Assembly (NCBI RefSeq): GCF_006345805.1
Contig: NC_042999.1
Location: 59,272,001 to 59,336,000 of the forward strand
Reading direction: 5' to 3'
Length of the DNA: 64,000 nucleotides
Source of the DNA: Octopus sinensis
Taxonomy: Eukaryota
Shown here piece by piece: positions 1 through 12,172 of this stretch; the first letter of the stretch is position 1, and each line of letters starts with the position of its first letter. Made by a program: the position numbers and the translations under genes. The notes under the pieces were generated by a model. It did no database searches. It saw nothing but the letters and a program-made list of their open reading frames with translations, and was not told the DNA's origin.

Positions 1-159
1 GAAGGATCGTGATACCGGTTTATTGGATAACAGAAGTAGACGCACTGAGAGAAGCTCGTTTCAGAATGAGTTGAGCGGATGATAATTAAAATGGTCAGCA
101 ATGACCCTCAGATAACAACTGCAGTGTCCAAAGCCAATTTAACAGCTATCAGAGTTTAT

Positions 160-605
160 GTTTCAAGGTCGAAAATTACTCTGACCCTCAACTGAATGCG
201 TATCCGTTGACAAGATGCAATTGTTGAAAAAACAATTAACTGCATGTTTAAAGTTTTGCGAGAGACTTTCTGAAGAGGCATAGATGATTTGGCACACTGT
301 TCTGTGGTCTGACGAAACCAAACTCGAGTGATTCAGTCACAACGATAGGACCACCGCTTCGAGGAAAAGACGAGAAGCTATCAATCTGAAGAATGCCATC
401 CCCACCATCGAACATGGCAGAGGTAGCATAATGAGGTGGAGCTCTTTTTCTTCCAAAGGCAGTGACTGGTAAATTCCAGTCGAAAGAACGATAAAATAAG
501 GGAATTATCTCGATGTTCTGAATGAAAATCTGAAGTCATTAGCGAAGCAACAGGAATTAGGATGCTGTTATATCTTCATACAAGGCAATGATGCCAACAA
601 TACCC
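160..605 (+). pseudogene. Tc1-family transposase remnant (DDE domain, stops and frameshifts)
   Basis: Manual translation from 302: LWSDETKLE*FSHND...KNAIPTIEHGRGSIMRWSSF...YLDVLNENL...YIFIQGNDANNTP. Matches the Tc1 pattern WSDETK...TVKHGGGSIMxWG...FQQDNDPKH. Confidence 0.85.
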
Positions 606-619
606 CACTTTTAATCTCT

Positions 620-719
620 TTTAATCGTTCTCTTTTGCCAAACCGCTAAGTTACGGGACGTAATCACACCAACATCAGTTCTCAAGCAATAGTTGGGGGA
701 ACGGACAAGCACAGACACA

Positions 720-768
<49 letters not shown>

Positions 769-910
769 CGATGGGCTCCTTTCAGTTCCCGTCTACAAAA
801 TCCACTCACTTTGGTCGGTCCGAGGCTATAGTAGAACACACTTGCCCGAGGTGCCACGCAGCGGGACTGAACCCGGAAGCGTATATCCTTGGTAAGCAAA
901 CTACTTACCT
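620..910 (-). mobile_element. SINE A copy, both ends eroded
   Basis: Reverse complement of the SINE A body (tttcagttcccgtctac, gaggtgccacgcagcgggactgaacccgg, ggtaagcaaactacttacc) with an internal (TA)n. Confidence 0.9.
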
Positions 911-975
911 CACATACATACATACATACAAACATACACATATATTTATAGAGGGATAGATAGATAGATAGATAT

Positions 976-1656
976 GTTTCTTTATTAGCCACACAGGGCT
1001 GCACACAGATAGAACAAATTACAAGGTAGAGCTTTTCTTTTGAAGGTTTAAAAAAAAAAAAAAATAATAATAATAATAAAATAAAAAATAAAATAAAATA
1101 AAAAAGGGGGGGTCGATCAAAAGGGATCGTAAAAGGAGAGAAAGAGGACAAAAAAAGGGGGGGGGGTTAAAAAAAAAAAGGGGGAGAGGAAAAAAAATTT
1201 GATCAATAGGGATCGTTATCACAGAAATGTCAATATGAAGTGTAAAGGGGAGGACAGGTGAGGTTTACCCGTGGAAAGAAAAGCCTACGGAAAAGACCAC
1301 GGTAACCTCGGTCAATGAAGTCACATGTTATATTTCTTTTTTTTTTTTGCAAATAAGCAACTCTCTGTATTAATTTTTACGGTTCATAGAATCATAGTCA
1401 AGGTGGCTTCGTCATTCATACGTGCCATCCTTGCTACATTCACCCATCTTTTTTTAAAACATTCACTAGACAAAACTTGCCTCTCTACTCTCACTTTTTT
1501 CTTCAAGTGATACTTGAAGAAGTTGATGAGAGATTGACCAGAGAGGAAAGTGTTTGTCTCTAATCCTTTCAGACGCGTCCACCAGATACATTCTTTTGCC
1601 ATAGCCACAAGTATGATAAAAATAGCTCTTCCTTCCCGTTTGAAGGAAGGAGGCGT
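976..1656 (-). mobile_element. 5'-truncated Tx1/L1-clade LINE 3' fragment flanked by (GATA)n
   Basis: ORF 1384..1608 (AMAKECIWWTRLKG...GQSLINFFKYHLKKKVRVERQVLS...RW) aligns by eye with the C-terminus of the element at 55107..55520 (AILKETVWKTCVRG...GQGLVNFFSYHLSNKIRLEKRYLS...RW). The 3' end is agcc-ctgtgt-ggct plus aataaagaaac. (GATA)n lies at 954-974 and 1657-1746. Confidence 0.8.
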
Positions 1657-1747
<91 letters not shown>

Positions 1748-2224
1748 GGACCAGTAAATCGATACCTCTTGCATCGTATACATATTCCATCTCTCTTGTT
1801 ATCCTTCCTTTATACTGCATAACAATTGTCCGTGGTTCTTTGCATTTTCTTTTCACATCTGTCCTAATCCCTTCCTTGCAGTCCTGACCTTCAGTTCATT
1901 TCCCCTATTCTTCTTTCCTTTGTTGATTTCTTTCTACTACTTGTATATTGTTTATTACATTCAGCCTTTCCAGTTCTTTCTTTCTGTATTCTTCGTTATG
2001 TTTCTCTGTCCCGCATCTTTATTACCCTTATATCTGCATGTTCCACTGACACTACTGCAATCCTTCGTCTATACTGTCGACATTACGAATGTGTACTACT
2101 TCACTAACTCTACCAATAACGCACACTGCAATTGTGTCCGTACTACCCATCGCGCTACTACACTGCCAGAACTACACTCATCGCTACATTGCGATTTCAA
2201 TTATACACCACTGCACAACTGCTA

Positions 2225-2273
2225 CTATACAACAGCAACAGCTACTACTACTACTACTACTACTAACACCACC

Positions 2274-2322
<49 letters not shown>

Positions 2323-2380
2323 ATAATAATAATAATAATAATACTAATACTACTAATACTACTAATACTAATACTACTAC
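2225..2380. repeat. (TAC)n/(CAC)n/(AAT)n trinucleotide microsatellite inside a degenerate actacac-rich tract (about 2040-3440)
   Basis: Read directly from the sequence. Confidence 0.9.
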
Positions 2381-2581
2381 CGTTTCTATGGCGTATGTGT
2401 TCCACAGCTGGCGGGACGCCAGTCCATCACAGCGTTACTTATTTTTGCCAGCCGAGTGGACTGGAGCAACTTGAAATGAAGTGTTTTGCTCAAGAACACA
2501 ACGCGTCGTCCGGTCCAGGAATCGAAACCACAATCTTACGATAATGATACTGACACCCTAACCACTAAGCCACGCGCCTCC
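2381..2581 (-). mobile_element. tRNA-derived SINE D (head, CORE-like segment, V-like segment)
   Basis: Minus strand: ggaggcgcgtggcttagtggttagg (A box), ggtttcgattcc (B box), tgtgttcttgagcaaaacacttc (CORE-like), gtgatggactggcgtcccg (V-like), ending gccatagaaac as in SINE C. Confidence 0.8.
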
Positions 2582-3026
2582 ACTATATTGAACTATAAGT
2601 CTACCACTAAAACAACAACAAGACATTGCACCCTGTACCACAGACACTGACGCACTTACACTACTACACAGGTATTTTTACGCTGTCACTGTAATGTCAC
2701 CTCGACTGTCAACACTTACACTGCAGTACCATACGGTCGATACTAAACATCTACAACTACCACGCTTCTATCGTTTCTCAGTCTCTTTTAAGGCCACTAT
2801 TTACACTACCACTACAACACTGGCTGTATTGAACTACTACAGAAGTATTATTCGTTGTTAGTGCACACACGTTACAACGTAGCTGCAACCACTTAAAGTG
2901 GTTGCTTTTACACTGCTGAGATTATACAGCCACTAATAACTACACTGCAACAATCTATCAGTCGTTGCCGTAAAGCAAGTATTTACACGGCCTCTTCTAC
3001 AACACTGATAGTACGGCACAATTACA

Positions 3027-3255
3027 TATTTCTTTATTGCCCACAAGGGGATAAACATAGAGGGGACAAACAAGGACAGACAAAGGGGTTAAGTCGATTA
3101 CATCGACCTCAGTGCGTAACTGGTACTTAATTTATCGACCCCGAAAGGATGAAAGGCAAATTCGACCTCGGCGGAATTTGAACTCGGAACGTAGCGACAG
3201 ACGAAATACTGCTAAGCATTTCGCCCGGCGTTCTAACGTTTCTGCCAGCTCGCCG
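3027..3255 (-). mobile_element. SINE B with 12-bp TSD
   Basis: TSD ggcacaattaca at 3015-3026 and 3256-3267. Body is homologous to the copies at 43065, 49426 and 63851. Confidence 0.92.
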
Positions 3256-5861
3256 GGCACAATTACAACTACACAGACATTATTGTGCTACGTCCAGGCA
3301 TACACGTTACCACTCTTGCATAACTGCGTGACATCTACTAAACTACCCCAACTACGCAGTCAGTTTTACACAGTTGATTATATACTGCCATTAGCAACTA
3401 CGCTGCCGCTTTACAAATCACTAAGTACAGTCAGAACTGTGCGCTAACTTGAGGACTCTTGCGTCGCTTCGTCGAATAAGAATTTGTGCAAGACACAGAT
3501 GTGTGATGCTTTTCAAATCTGCAGAAACCCCTATACCACCTCTGTGCAGCGTCAACCTGAAGATCTCCAATTGGGTCCTGTACTTATTCTCTATATTTAC
3601 TATTAATGATGCCAGTGTCTTGATTTTTATTCCCTATATTTACTAGTAATGATGCTAGTGTCTTGATTTTCTGAATAACCAGCACGATGATAATATTACT
3701 ATATTAGGCATGACTGGTGCAGAGCAAGTACCTTTCTCTGGTCCTTCAAACTTGTATTGGTCTGGAGTAATAGGTGTCACGAGTGTAGTAGTTAGCAGGA
3801 TGCAGAACTTTTATGAAGATACCTTCTCTTAGATCAGCATCTAAAGAGCTGTTTGTGAGTGACCTACTTCCTGAGACAATTCGGTGACATACTAAATACT
3901 CCATAGTTGACACCCTGCTATTCCATCTAGATCAGAGTAGACCCGATGAGAATTGGGGCTAAGAGGTGACACCACGCTCACCCAAAAGCTGGAATGTTTG
4001 AACCAAGGCTTTAAAAGCCATCCAGCACTTATTTACTTTTTTACAGTCACATTCAGGATAACTGCTACACCACTTAATAGACACCCACTTTGCATAGCCA
4101 TTCTCACACAAGCACAGATAGATTTCTTGCACATTTCTATTAACAGAAAGCCGCTGCTATACATATACGGTGACTGATACCTAATGCATTCTGACCTAAA
4201 TAAGTTTGTTTCTACCATAAATAACATTATTGTAATCTGCCTTCTTAATGTCCAATGGGGTCAATCTAAGTTTAATGTAACTGGGACTCTGGACATATCA
4301 CATTCCATTACTATCTCCACAATCTTTTGATCATATCTCTTATATTCTCTCAACGAATGATATCTTAGAAATTTATCTTTGATACCAGAAACTTCAGTTC
4401 GCTTCATCCATCCGTATGGGCAAACACATTGGAAAAGGCTACATCAGAATGTCAATAATTGCTTCAGAATTTGTACTGTAATTGATTTAAGACAAATCGA
4501 TCAGATGCACAGAACTATCACATTTAAGAACCCAAGTATCCTAATATTCTTATACTGCAGAAACGCCTGTCGGAACTTAATATGCAATAACAAATTTTTA
4601 TTAAATAAGTTTCAATGATGTATCATTCTCCATACTTCATTACGTTGTCTCTCTCTCTCTTTCCTTCTATCCTTCTCTCTCCCTCTCTCTTTCCGTCTCT
4701 CCTCCCCCCTCTCTCTCTATATAAATATATGAATACATATGTATATATACATACACACACTTACGCACACACATATATGTGTGTGTATGAGTAATTATTG
4801 GATAATAAAATAAGTGGTTTACACCTGGTTGCTTACTGGTTAAGCGCAGTCACAACCACTAAGAATTTTTAATTTTAAACCTCTCTTTGTGACTATTATC
4901 TTATTCCTTTTCATTATTTGAAATTCCTATTTCTGGACATAGTCTATTTTATTCTGTTCTTCGGTTTACTCGCTTTTCACAATTTTTTTCTTCTATTTAA
5001 CTATTTTCTTCTATCTAACTATTGTTCATATTATATTTCCACTAAAGTCAACCCCCATTGGCAACCAATTTAACCCCTTTACATTTTTTACAAAATTATT
5101 GTTGCAATTAGATGGAGATGCTTGTTCATTGGCCTGTATAGATTATATTATATATTCTCACATAAGTTTAGCTATTCAGTATTATCATAAATGTCTGATG
5201 AACCTCTAAGTAACAGATTGTGAAGATTTTTTTTTCAGCTTTAATAAAATATTATATGTAAATATGTATAGACACGCACTCACATATTGTCAGCATCTTA
5301 AGTAAAGCAAGCTGAAATATATTACTTGGGTGGCATGGTGTCTTACGAATGTAATGTAAGATTTTAGTAGATATATATTCTCAGGAAAAAGAGAAGCGAA
5401 TGTTTGTGTAGTGAAGGGTGGATGTACTAAAATTGAACGAAATGTTTGCTGAGTAAGAGAGGGGGTAGTAATAAAATAAAATATTACTTATTTTGAATGA
5501 CTGATATTGGATGAAATATTAGCTGTAGTGAAGTGACTATGGAATATCTGTTTGTTCAAAAACAAATGAAAAATGTCTGTAAAGATAAGATGTTTATTTC
5601 TAGATGCTTATTGTGATAAAGGAAATATTTCTTTAGAATATATCTCAATACATGGTGTATAATCCTATTTATGATGAAGTTGCACTTATAACCTGGGCCA
5701 ATGTTATATTTAAAATTACAGTTATGTAAGCAACTAAGTTTAGAGTGGGGGAATATTTGCACGTATGCAATAAAGTCGTTATTTTCAGTATATAGCATGA
5801 ATTATATAACGTACATAGAACTATCTGAACTTACTGCAATGTAATTTGTTTTAGTATATAC

Positions 5862-6390
<529 letters not shown>

Positions 6391-6469
6391 ATCTAAAGAT
6401 GACATTTATTTTCTAAGACTGAAACTTCATACAAACCAAATTCCCTTCTACTTGGCAACCAGCCACATG

Positions 6470-6780
6470 AGTAACAGATGAAGACTATGCTGATGCCATA
6501 GCTCGCTACACCGGCAGCATCTATTACGTTATTCCATTCAACAGTAGATATTAGATAATACTCTGATGACTTAAAAGATGCATACTTCCACTGCATTCCA
6601 GAAGCGTACAAAAGGCACCAAAAGGAAAAACAAACAGTGAAATCTCTAATAAAAACATCGCATCCACAGATTGGTCTTAGTGTCATATGAAAATCACCGA
6701 TACCTGACGACCTTAAGAGAAGCTTCTTTTATGCTTCTCTGGTATCTGTGCCATTGTACTGGTTTTCTGCTTGGTCACTC
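6470..6780 (+). pseudogene. Decayed RTE-like LINE RT fragment
   Basis: DYADAIA (RT YADD-like) near 6483 and IPDDLKRSFFYASLVSV near 6700, resembling RTE-clade motifs. Heavily degraded. Confidence 0.45.
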
Positions 6781-6794
6781 ATCAAATCTCTGGA

Positions 6795-6860
6795 CAGTTT
6801 TAACTGATGTGAAATTAGTCCGGTCAGTTTTAACTGATGTGAAATTAGTCCGGGCAGTTT
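6795..6860. repeat. 30-bp tandem duplication (cagttttaactgatgtgaaattagtccgg, about 2.2 copies)
   Basis: Read directly from the sequence. Confidence 0.9.
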
Positions 6861-7238
6861 ATACCTAGTTATTATTTGGGTTTTGCAATTTATGATCAAA
6901 ACTGAATTTAGGAAGACTTTGTGGTAAGGAAAAGACTAGGGAAGCTCGTTAAAACTTAATTCAAAGAAGCTAGCAGTAAGTCCGTCGTATGTTACAAAAC
7001 GTGTATTCGTTATTTCACAAACTTATTGCGAATGAATTTGTGATTTAATAGGTAAGTTATAACAGAATGAAATTGCGAGATATATTATTAGAAATGAACG
7101 TGACTGGCTTAAGTTTATATTGTTTAAAATTTGCTGCAGATTCGCATAATTGGTGTTTCGGGAAGATTTGAGTATGATTTCTTTCTTTCTCTTTTTCATT
7201 ATTCGCGCGCGCGCGCACGCGCGCGTGTGTGTGTGTGT

Positions 7239-7464
7239 AAGGGCAGCGAGTTGGCAAAATCGTTAGCACACCGGGCAAAATACTTTAAACAACATATACT
7301 TTACGTTCCGCGTTCAAATTCCACCGCGATCGACTTTCCCTTTTATCCTTCCAGGGGTCTATAACAGACGTACCGGCGAGATATTGGTGTTGACGAGTTG
7401 ACATAATCGACTTAACGCACACCCTGAAATTGTTGGCCTTGTGTCAAAATTCGAAACAATTATT
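7239..7464 (+). mobile_element. SINE B-like copy with an alternative 3' tail
   Basis: B-type head (gcagcgagttggcaaaatcgttagcacaccggg...cgttcaaattcc) and body (atcgacttaa), but the tail is ccctgaaattgttggccttgtgtcaaaattcgaaacaattatt. Confidence 0.75.
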
Positions 7465-8043
7465 TTTGTCTGTAATGTATGTGTGTGTGAGCGTGTGTAT
7501 ATTATAGTGGGATATATTTAGGTAATAGCTTAGAAAATAAGTTTGCTAATTGGGTAGTTAATTGTAGACTAGTCGTTGGATTATCACAGAAGCTTGGGTC
7601 CTCACTCTTACCCATGGATTTCGATATATTTTTTCAATGAAACAGTTTCGAATAATTGTATCACTGTAGTAACATGAAAAGTCACTGAAGACTTGTTAAG
7701 CACCCAAGAGCTCAGAAAGACGCACGAAAATGTGTTAGCTCAACTTTCAGCTGCTAATGACACATGCTAAAGGTTTTATTTATCAATGCAAACTTTCAGT
7801 CACTTCCATTATATATCCCCCAACAAATAAACATACAGTTGAAACTAGTTTATTTCAAATTCCCTTAGCACCACACTCATAACATACTCATATGTGTATA
7901 TTCGTAAATTCAGAAGGTCCTTGAGGGAAATTCTTAGAATATGCCATAGGAATTTATGATTAAAATATAAAATTTGGAGGGGGATTTTATCCGCACATAT
8001 GCTACAGAAATATGTTAAGATATTTCCATTACCATTTGCATAT

Positions 8044-8280
8044 GATTCACAGACCGGGCGTTGTGAGTGTTTATTGAGCGAAAACACCTAAGGCTCCACG
8101 AGCTCTAGAGGTGGGGGCAATCCGTGCTGTACTCTTTCGCCATAACTTTCTCTCACTCTTTCTTCTGTTGACCTGCTCCATTAGCCAGCGAGCTGGCCTC
8201 ATTTGAAGGCTAAAACAATGCGAAGCGCATTGTGACCAGCGATGTGTAGCAACATCTGATAGTCTGGTCGATCACGTGAT

Positions 8281-8288
<8 letters not shown>
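8044..8288 (+). mobile_element. 5'-truncated SINE C-like element with an alternative 3' half
   Basis: Matches SINE C from the B box to ctcactctttcttc, then switches to cctgctccattagccagcg...gaccagcgatgtgtagcaacatctgatagtctggtcg followed by (atcacgtg)2. Confidence 0.8.
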
Positions 8289-8324
<36 letters not shown>

Positions 8325-8719
8325 CAAAATGAGGGTGAAAAATTGGATAATAACATCAATTTTTACACCAGTGGTCTAGCATATAAAAAACTGAGATTCA
8401 GTAAATAGTATTTCATGCATAAATATAAGAGGGAATTTTTTAACCACTATGTGGAAACTCTTATGCTAGAAGAAGATCTGCTATTGTCTCAACCATAGCG
8501 TGAAGTTCTACAAATTATATCTTGCACAGAGGATCATACTGACGATCTACAGATAAATTGTGTAAGTAAAATTACGTAATTTATTGATAGTGAAACAATT
8601 GTTTATGATTTAATCTATATTTTTGTTACTTTTCATTTGTCTTGCTCACTTACGTTTCTGGTGTGCTAAATTTTCTGGAGAGCATATCCCTATTTTATGA
8701 AGTTTATTTTTTATTTATG

Positions 8720-9005
8720 CTCCTTTTTCAAGCCTAGTCAGCCTCATGGGCCCGGTTTCCCGGTTTCTGTGGCGTATGTGTCCCCCACCCGACTGGACGG
8801 GACGCTAGTTTATCGCAGCGTTACTCAAGAAACAGGAAGAGAGAGTGAGAGAAAGTTGGGGTGAAACAGTACAACAGGGGTCGCCACCACCTCCTGCCTC
8901 GTGTAGCTTTAGGTGTTTTCGCTCAATAAACACACACAACGCCCGGTCTGAGAATCGAAACAACGATCCTCCGACCGCGAGTTTGCTGCCCTAACCACTG
9001 GGCAT
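8720..9005 (-). mobile_element. SINE C (tRNA-like head, V-like domain)
   Basis: Reverse-complement homolog of 45561-45857. Confidence 0.9.
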
Positions 9006-9039
9006 TTTATGATGTACCGTATAAATAATTTACTAGGTC

Positions 9040-9700
9040 ACGATAGTTTACTGAGTCTTATAGCTTAAAACCATAATTTATAAATGTCAATAGAATATGA
9101 AATGTAAGATAGCATCACCTTTTACTAAATACATTCTGTTAGTTTTCTCATATGATGGATAAAGCACAAAGCATCATAAATATACCTTCATATTCATGGA
9201 ACAAATGTTCGCTTGCGAGAGCATGTGAAGTATTTCATGTCTACACAGTCTCTTTGAATACTCCAATAGTAGCCTGCTGTCATGTGTGTGTTCCATTGGC
9301 CTTGATATCTCTCCTCCATAATCTTGATTGTTTGATGAAAACGCCCACCATGATCATCTCTCACGTCTCCGAAATTAGCAGGAAATTCATCGAGATGGCT
9401 ATTGAGGAGAAGTTTTATGTTCATGTTACAGCCCAAATGATGAAAGCTATCGCGTAATAATTCCCCTCCAAATATTTGTAGTTGGCAGCCTTTTCACTCC
9501 TCTCCAAATCCTTTCACAACAGTCACAACTGAATCCCATGTTCTTTTTTCTATGGCATTTCGTCAACCAAAATGTTACAGAAATTGTACCAAATATGTCC
9601 TAGACGTGAACAGCAGTTTTTCTTCCCTTTCTAAATGAATTATTCTATTATTGCATGATGGAACATGTTATACCATATTGTTTACTCCTCTCGTCAACTC
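9040..9700 (-). pseudogene. DNA-transposase C-terminal remnant, probably Chapaev3/CMC-type
   Basis: ORF 9194..9436 GCNMNIKLLLNSHLDEFPANFGDVRDDHGGRFHQTIKIMEERYQGQW resembles the LGCNMSLKxHFLHSHLDFFP..SDEHGERFHQDI..ME.RYQG motif. Upstream frames give EKRTWDSVVTVVKGF and KAANYK. The family name is from recall. Confidence 0.7.
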
Positions 9701-9992
9701 TGATCAAATTGGCATTAATCAAAACGAAATGAAGCCAATATCATCCCATCCAATTTTATTGTAGAGTATATCGAGATAGCATTATCCATGGGATATTTTT
9801 CTTTAAAGCACATGAAGCAATTGCAGTGAACGTACGTCAGCGTGCCAGGCGTTTTAGGTTAAACGCGATGTAGCTTGAATAAAGAAGGAAAATTTCCGTT
9901 AGTATCACGTTACCAAATGCAAGTTCATCTATAGGCTTTTACCGAAAAATCAAAAATACAAGTTTATATGTATGTAGCATTGTAATCCTAGG

Positions 9993-10730
9993 ACTAGCCG
10001 GACCCGTGAATATTTCACGGAATTAATGGAAAAGCTATTGGGTTATTTTTGAAAACATTATCCCAAATAACTGAAAGCGTAGCCTGTGTTGTGTGTAAAT
10101 AAGCGTGAATACTTCACGGAATTGCACTGATGTGCATGCGTTGAGAGGTGATATAAAAAAAGACTTCAATTAAAAAAATACAGAATTCACTATGCAGTCA
10201 CTACCGCCACCTTCAGCACGATCCACCTCGACCACCACCACCACCTCTATGTCCACCACCACTACCACTATCATCATCTCTTCATCCCTCCATTCGCTCT
10301 CTCTCCCCGTCTCTCTATCTTTTATAGGCTCATCCTCAGAATATCATCCCTCTGCTAAAATCATATTTCTAACTCTCCTCCTCTAACTTCAGCTAATTCT
10401 TATAACCACGTATTAGATATTACGTTCTCCCTACCCCACGTCATGGACGCTTCTCTCTCTCGTTTTTTCTTTCTTCCTCTTTCTGTCTCACTCTTCACCT
10501 TATCGTCGTTTTCTCTCTCTCTCTCTTTTCCTTATTCTCTCTTTCCCGTCAACGAATCGCATGAAAGTGTTACACTTACATTCTCTCTACCTGGTGTCAT
10601 GGAAACTTCTCTCACCCTCTTTTCTCTCACCCTCTTTTCTTTCTCCTCTTTTTCTCTAATCACGTGAAAGCGTTACTGACGTAACGACAAGGCGAGTTAT
10701 TATAAGGCTAAAAGAGAAATTAGACTTTCT
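9993..10730. mobile_element. Putative non-autonomous Helitron/Helentron-like element
   Basis: Starts actagccggacccgtgaatatttcacgg (ACTAG plus a hairpin). The hairpin motif recurs at about 10104. Interior is (ACC)n and CT-rich. Confidence 0.35.
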
Positions 10731-10995
10731 TCACGCTGAGGTGGTACCCATCAAAGTAGGAAGCAGTGGTATGAGGGAGATATGTTTCTTTTTTATTTCT
10801 GGAATGTTAGTCGAGAACATAGAGATCAAACCATTCCTATTCTTAGCACTGCAAGGTATGATTTAAGGGAGATTTGTGTGCTATTTTTAGTAAATTCAAA
10901 GACAAAGTGGAAATATGCCTACTGGCATATGGCATAGTCGTTGAGAGCGCGGGCTACTAACACCAATATTACGAGTTCGATTCCAAGCAGTGGCT

Positions 10996-11068
<73 letters not shown>

Positions 11069-11092
11069 TAATAATGATAATGATAAATGATA

Positions 11093-12083
11093 AATGATAA
11101 ATGGCAAGAAAACCCTCTCTATGGCAAATACCCAAAGAGAGCAAATAATGCAGATATTGACAAAGCCCTGACCCATCAATGGCTAATGGCCTCTGGCTTA
11201 AAATCTGAAACAGAGGGGTTTATCATAGCAGCTCAAGATCAATGCCTACCAACAAGAAACTACCAGGCCAACATATTAAAGATCAGAAGCAGTCCAACGT
11301 GTCGTGTATGCCAGCAACAAAATGAAACCATTGACCATGTGGTCTCCAAGTGCAGTCTTCTAGCGCCTACAGAGTATCTCAACAGACACGATAGAACTGC
11401 ACAATATATTCACTGGGTAATCTGCAAAAACCTGGATTTGCCCCATGAAAAAAACTGGTGGGAACACAAACCACCCCCAGTGCTTGAAAATGACCACATC
11501 TCACTCCTCTGGAACTTCACCATTCAAACTGACAGAAAGATAGATGCAAATAGGCCAGACATCATATTGAAAGACTTCAAACAAAGAACATGCCTCCTCA
11601 TTGATATGACTGTCCCAATCGATATAAACGTATCTGTCAAGACCTACCAAAAACTGAGTAAATATAAAGATCTTGAAATAGAAATCAGCAAAATGTGGAA
11701 CCTGAAGTCTAAAACAATACCTGTTGTCATAGGTGCCCTGGGAATGATAGCAAAAGGGGCTGATAGCTACCTAACTCAGATACCAGGAAACCCAAAAATG
11801 GCAGAAATTCAAAAGATAGTGCTCATGGGAACTGCTCATATCCTACGCAAAAAAACTTTCTATGTAATCTCAAGGTTTAAAACAAACATAATTTTCGGTT
11901 TAAAGGGAGAGGGAAAAGAAAAAAATTTTTTTTTTTTAGACATTCATTAGTACAACCCCCCCCCCCAAATATATGGCACACTAGGCATAACAACAACATG
12001 AACTTCCAACCTGTTGTCTCTTGAGGTCTCTGGGTGAGACTTGGAGCCAACTTGTACAAATATAAAGCAAAACTCAAACATAG
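11093..12083 (+). mobile_element. 5'-truncated R4/Dong-clade LINE (zinc finger plus restriction-like endonuclease) inserted in (AAT)n
   Basis: ORF 11087..11950: EGFIIAAQDQ, CRVC..NETIDHVVSKC, RHD, RPDII..LIDMTVP, KYKDL, TIPVVIGALG. (AAT)n lies on both flanks. Confidence 0.9.
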
Positions 12084-12172
12084 AATAATAATATTAATAA
12101 TAATAATAACAACAAAAACAACAACATCGAAAATACCTTAGGAATGAGAACCCAGGTTCGAAATTTCCCCAA

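Noticed and set aside
10925-10997. tRNA-like sequence as a genuine tRNA-Ser gene; likewise the SINE A, C and D heads
   Set aside because: No proper acceptor stem or T-run terminator; each continues into a SINE body.
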